Program-made: the position numbers and the translations under genes
Notes under the pieces: model-generated
The model's input: only the letters and a program-made list of their open reading frames with translations
Databases searched by the model: none
What the model was told of the DNA's origin: nothing
In this document: one piece after another, positions 27,621 through 29,595 of the stretch
Layout of the letters: every line of letters starts with the position of its first letter
Position numbering within the stretch: position 1 is the first letter of the stretch
Assembly (NCBI GenBank): GCA_051117555.1
Contig: JBNPEG010000164.1
Coordinates: forward strand, 1 to 29,595
DNA length: 29,595 nt
Direction: 5' to 3'
Origin: Elainellaceae cyanobacterium
Lineage (GTDB): Bacteria; Cyanobacteriota; Cyanobacteriia; CAZCXK01

Positions 27621-29189
27621 TCACTTTTCCTCTGAATTCGACTCCAAGTGTGTCTCTGAATTCCTTCCTGAACTCGTTTTTGGGGGTAGCTTGGGTTGAT
27701 AGCGGAAGCGATCGCCACCCATTTCGTTAATGAGTTCTTCAACCTCCGAGCGCTCAGCCGCTTGATACAGCTGATCGGCTTCACTCAAAATCTCCTCTGG
27801 ATTGTGCTGAGCGGAGCGCTGCACATAATTCAGCTTGATTTCTTCAAGCAAATCTGCAATTAAGGTTTGAAGCTCTAGCTGAGTCGTCTGATTTCGGATT
27901 TCGTTCGCTAATGCGTCTTTGAAGTTTTGAGAGAGTCGGTCAACTATTTTTCGTCCTTCCTCATCAGAATAAGAGGCTTCTAAAATTTCGTATGACGCTC
28001 GTGCTAGATAGTCGGCTAAGTTTTGTGTGACTTCAGCGGGTAGATTTTGAAGCCCTGGAAATCGCTGAACGCCTCGAAAGACATCTGAATCTTTTAAGGC
28101 TTCTCTCAAGCTGTGTCGCAGTAATTCTTCTAGATCAGGTTGGATTTCGGGTAAGGCTCGGTAGATCGTTAAATTTAACAGGCGATCGCTAATTGCATCG
28201 ACCTTATTTACGTCACTCACCTGAATGTAAGATTGCGGTTCAAACAGCATCTGTGCGACTTCGCCATGCTCGACTGCCTCTTTCGTTTGATTAATTAACC
28301 GCACTAGTAAGAAGGTAGACACTCGATCGGCAAGATACGCCGCAGGTTCGTGGGTAACTTGCGACAATGCCCGTTCCATATTCAACACCTTAGACCGATG
28401 AAGTCGCACTGATGCGGGAATAAATCTCAACCAGCGCCAAACCGGAATGAGAAGTAAAATGTCATACCAACGACGCAACATGGCGTCAAGCCAATTAAGC
28501 TCTGGTTTTCGATAGCTCATCCAAAATGTTCGGATGAGAAATTCGATGGCAAAGAGGGCCACAAAATACGCATCAATGCGCCAAAAATCATCTGCAAACT
28601 GACCATTGACACCGATTGTCCGCGTGTAGTTGGACTCCAATAGGGGAGCCAATCGCGCCTCAAAGAATTGCAGCGACGTATTCCAGCCGTTTTGTTCTAA
28701 GTATTGTTGACTCCAAAAGGTAGAAAATGCCTCCTGTGCTGAATCTGCGCCAACCTGGCGACGAATGCGGCGTTTGAGCGTTTCAAACGTTCCAAACTTA
28801 TTGGCTGCTAAAAACGGATTCTCTTCAATAAGAGTCCGACTTTGCCGCTTTAGTTCAACTAATAGTTGCTCGGTCTGCTCAGATTCTAATCCTGCTGATG
28901 CGAGCTGTTGCTCTAACTGCCCGACTGTATTCAAATACCGCTGAGTGTCGGGATGAGGTTCAATATTTTTGACTGGATCATACGTCGTAACGATGGCCGG
29001 AAAATATCGCCAATAGACGTCTCTAAGCGGAACATACGTCGCGTTGAACAAGACCAAAATAAAATTAACCGATATGATGATCGCAGCGAATTTGTTCCAC
29101 ACGTTCGCTAATCTACGCATGCGAGGCATTTCTTTCTGAAACGCGTCTTTTGCTTTGTCAACTGTCTCCGAGGCAGATTGAACATTCAT
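27621..29189 (-). CDS. Conserved-type cyanobacterial hypothetical membrane protein
   Basis: 522 aa: TM1, a large loop (IEPHPDT, ENPF), further TM segments with an Arg-periodic helix, and a helical cytoplasmic tail. Confidence 0.8.
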   Translation of the reverse strand: MNVQSASETVDKAKDAFQKEMPRMRRLANVWNKFAAIIISVNFILVLFNATYVPLRDVYWRYFPAIVTTYDPVKNIEPHPDTQRYLNTVGQLEQQLASAGLESEQTEQLLVELKRQSRTLIEENPFLAANKFGTFETLKRRIRRQVGADSAQEAFSTFWSQQYLEQNGWNTSLQFFEARLAPLLESNYTRTIGVNGQFADDFWRIDAYFVALFAIEFLIRTFWMSYRKPELNWLDAMLRRWYDILLLIPVWRWLRFIPASVRLHRSKVLNMERALSQVTHEPAAYLADRVSTFLLVRLINQTKEAVEHGEVAQMLFEPQSYIQVSDVNKVDAISDRLLNLTIYRALPEIQPDLEELLRHSLREALKDSDVFRGVQRFPGLQNLPAEVTQNLADYLARASYEILEASYSDEEGRKIVDRLSQNFKDALANEIRNQTTQLELQTLIADLLEEIKLNYVQRSAQHNPEEILSEADQLYQAAERSEVEELINEMGGDRFRYQPKLPPKTSSGRNSETHLESNSEEK

Positions 29190-29425
29190 ATCAAGTCGTT
29201 AGAGTACTGAATTCAATGCGATTCGATGCTTACTAGATTTAGATGCCTACTGTTCGATACACCCGACGTGGGGCGATCGCCACAGATCTATAGATTCTCA
29301 CTAAGATTATCCGCAAATTGCATATCAGATGCGTCTGCCCAAAGTTGCAAATATTTTCAGAGAAGTAAATCTATCAAGAGATAAATATAATATCGCTAGT
29401 GTAAGGTCGTATCCCTGATTCTAAA

Positions 29426-29498
29426 AGGATTGTCATCACTTAACATAGGATTGTGGCTGCTACAGAAGGATTGTCATGGACGACCATGCCATTGTCAG
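29426..29498. repeat. Phased direct repeats AGGATTGT(CA) with 20-21 bp period
   Basis: AGGATTGTCAT at 29426, AGGATTGTGGC at 29447, AGGATTGTCAT at 29467 and gccATTGTCAg at 29488. Confidence 0.65.
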
Positions 29499-29595
29499 AG
29501 AGCGTTTAGGTTTTCGTGTTAAGTGCGACCGTCCTCGGTCGCGTGTTCCGTGTAGGGTCGCCGAGACGTTATGCTCCGCATTGCCAGGGCAAACG

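Larger units (their letters stand above)
255..29280. repeat. HIP1 octamer GCGATCGC dispersed across the window
   Basis: Dozens of copies, for example at 255, 388, 1802, 4983 and 29273, often as GGCGATCGC. Confidence 0.95.

Noticed and set aside
1..29595. CRISPR array, tRNA or rRNA
   Set aside because: No 23-47 bp repeats with unique spacers, cloverleaf or rRNA signatures seen by eye.

Overview
Cyanobacterial chromosomal window. The assignment rests on dense HIP1 GCGATCGC octamers and the ctpA/petBD photosynthesis locus. The left third looks accessory: the end of an IS that appears to truncate a racemase-like gene next to a DUF1611 gene, a sugar-nucleotide epimerase, a decayed gene, a betaine-type BCCT transporter, a GntR/UTRA regulator, a TPR gene, and a tail-to-tail pair of paralogous P-loop GTPases (one with a hydrophobic C-terminal domain, one without). 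The rest is mostly core: CPBP protease, a double-domain histidine phosphatase that seems to need a CTG start, a large Gly-rich membrane protein, a MASE1-PAS-PAS-GAF histidine kinase, an HD hydrolase, ctpA, petB-petD, gor and two hypotheticals. Intergenic DNA carries several 70-110 bp miniature inverted-repeat elements and 9-11 bp tandem repeats. I saw no CRISPR array, rRNA or tRNA. All family calls come from motif recognition by eye, not from searches.
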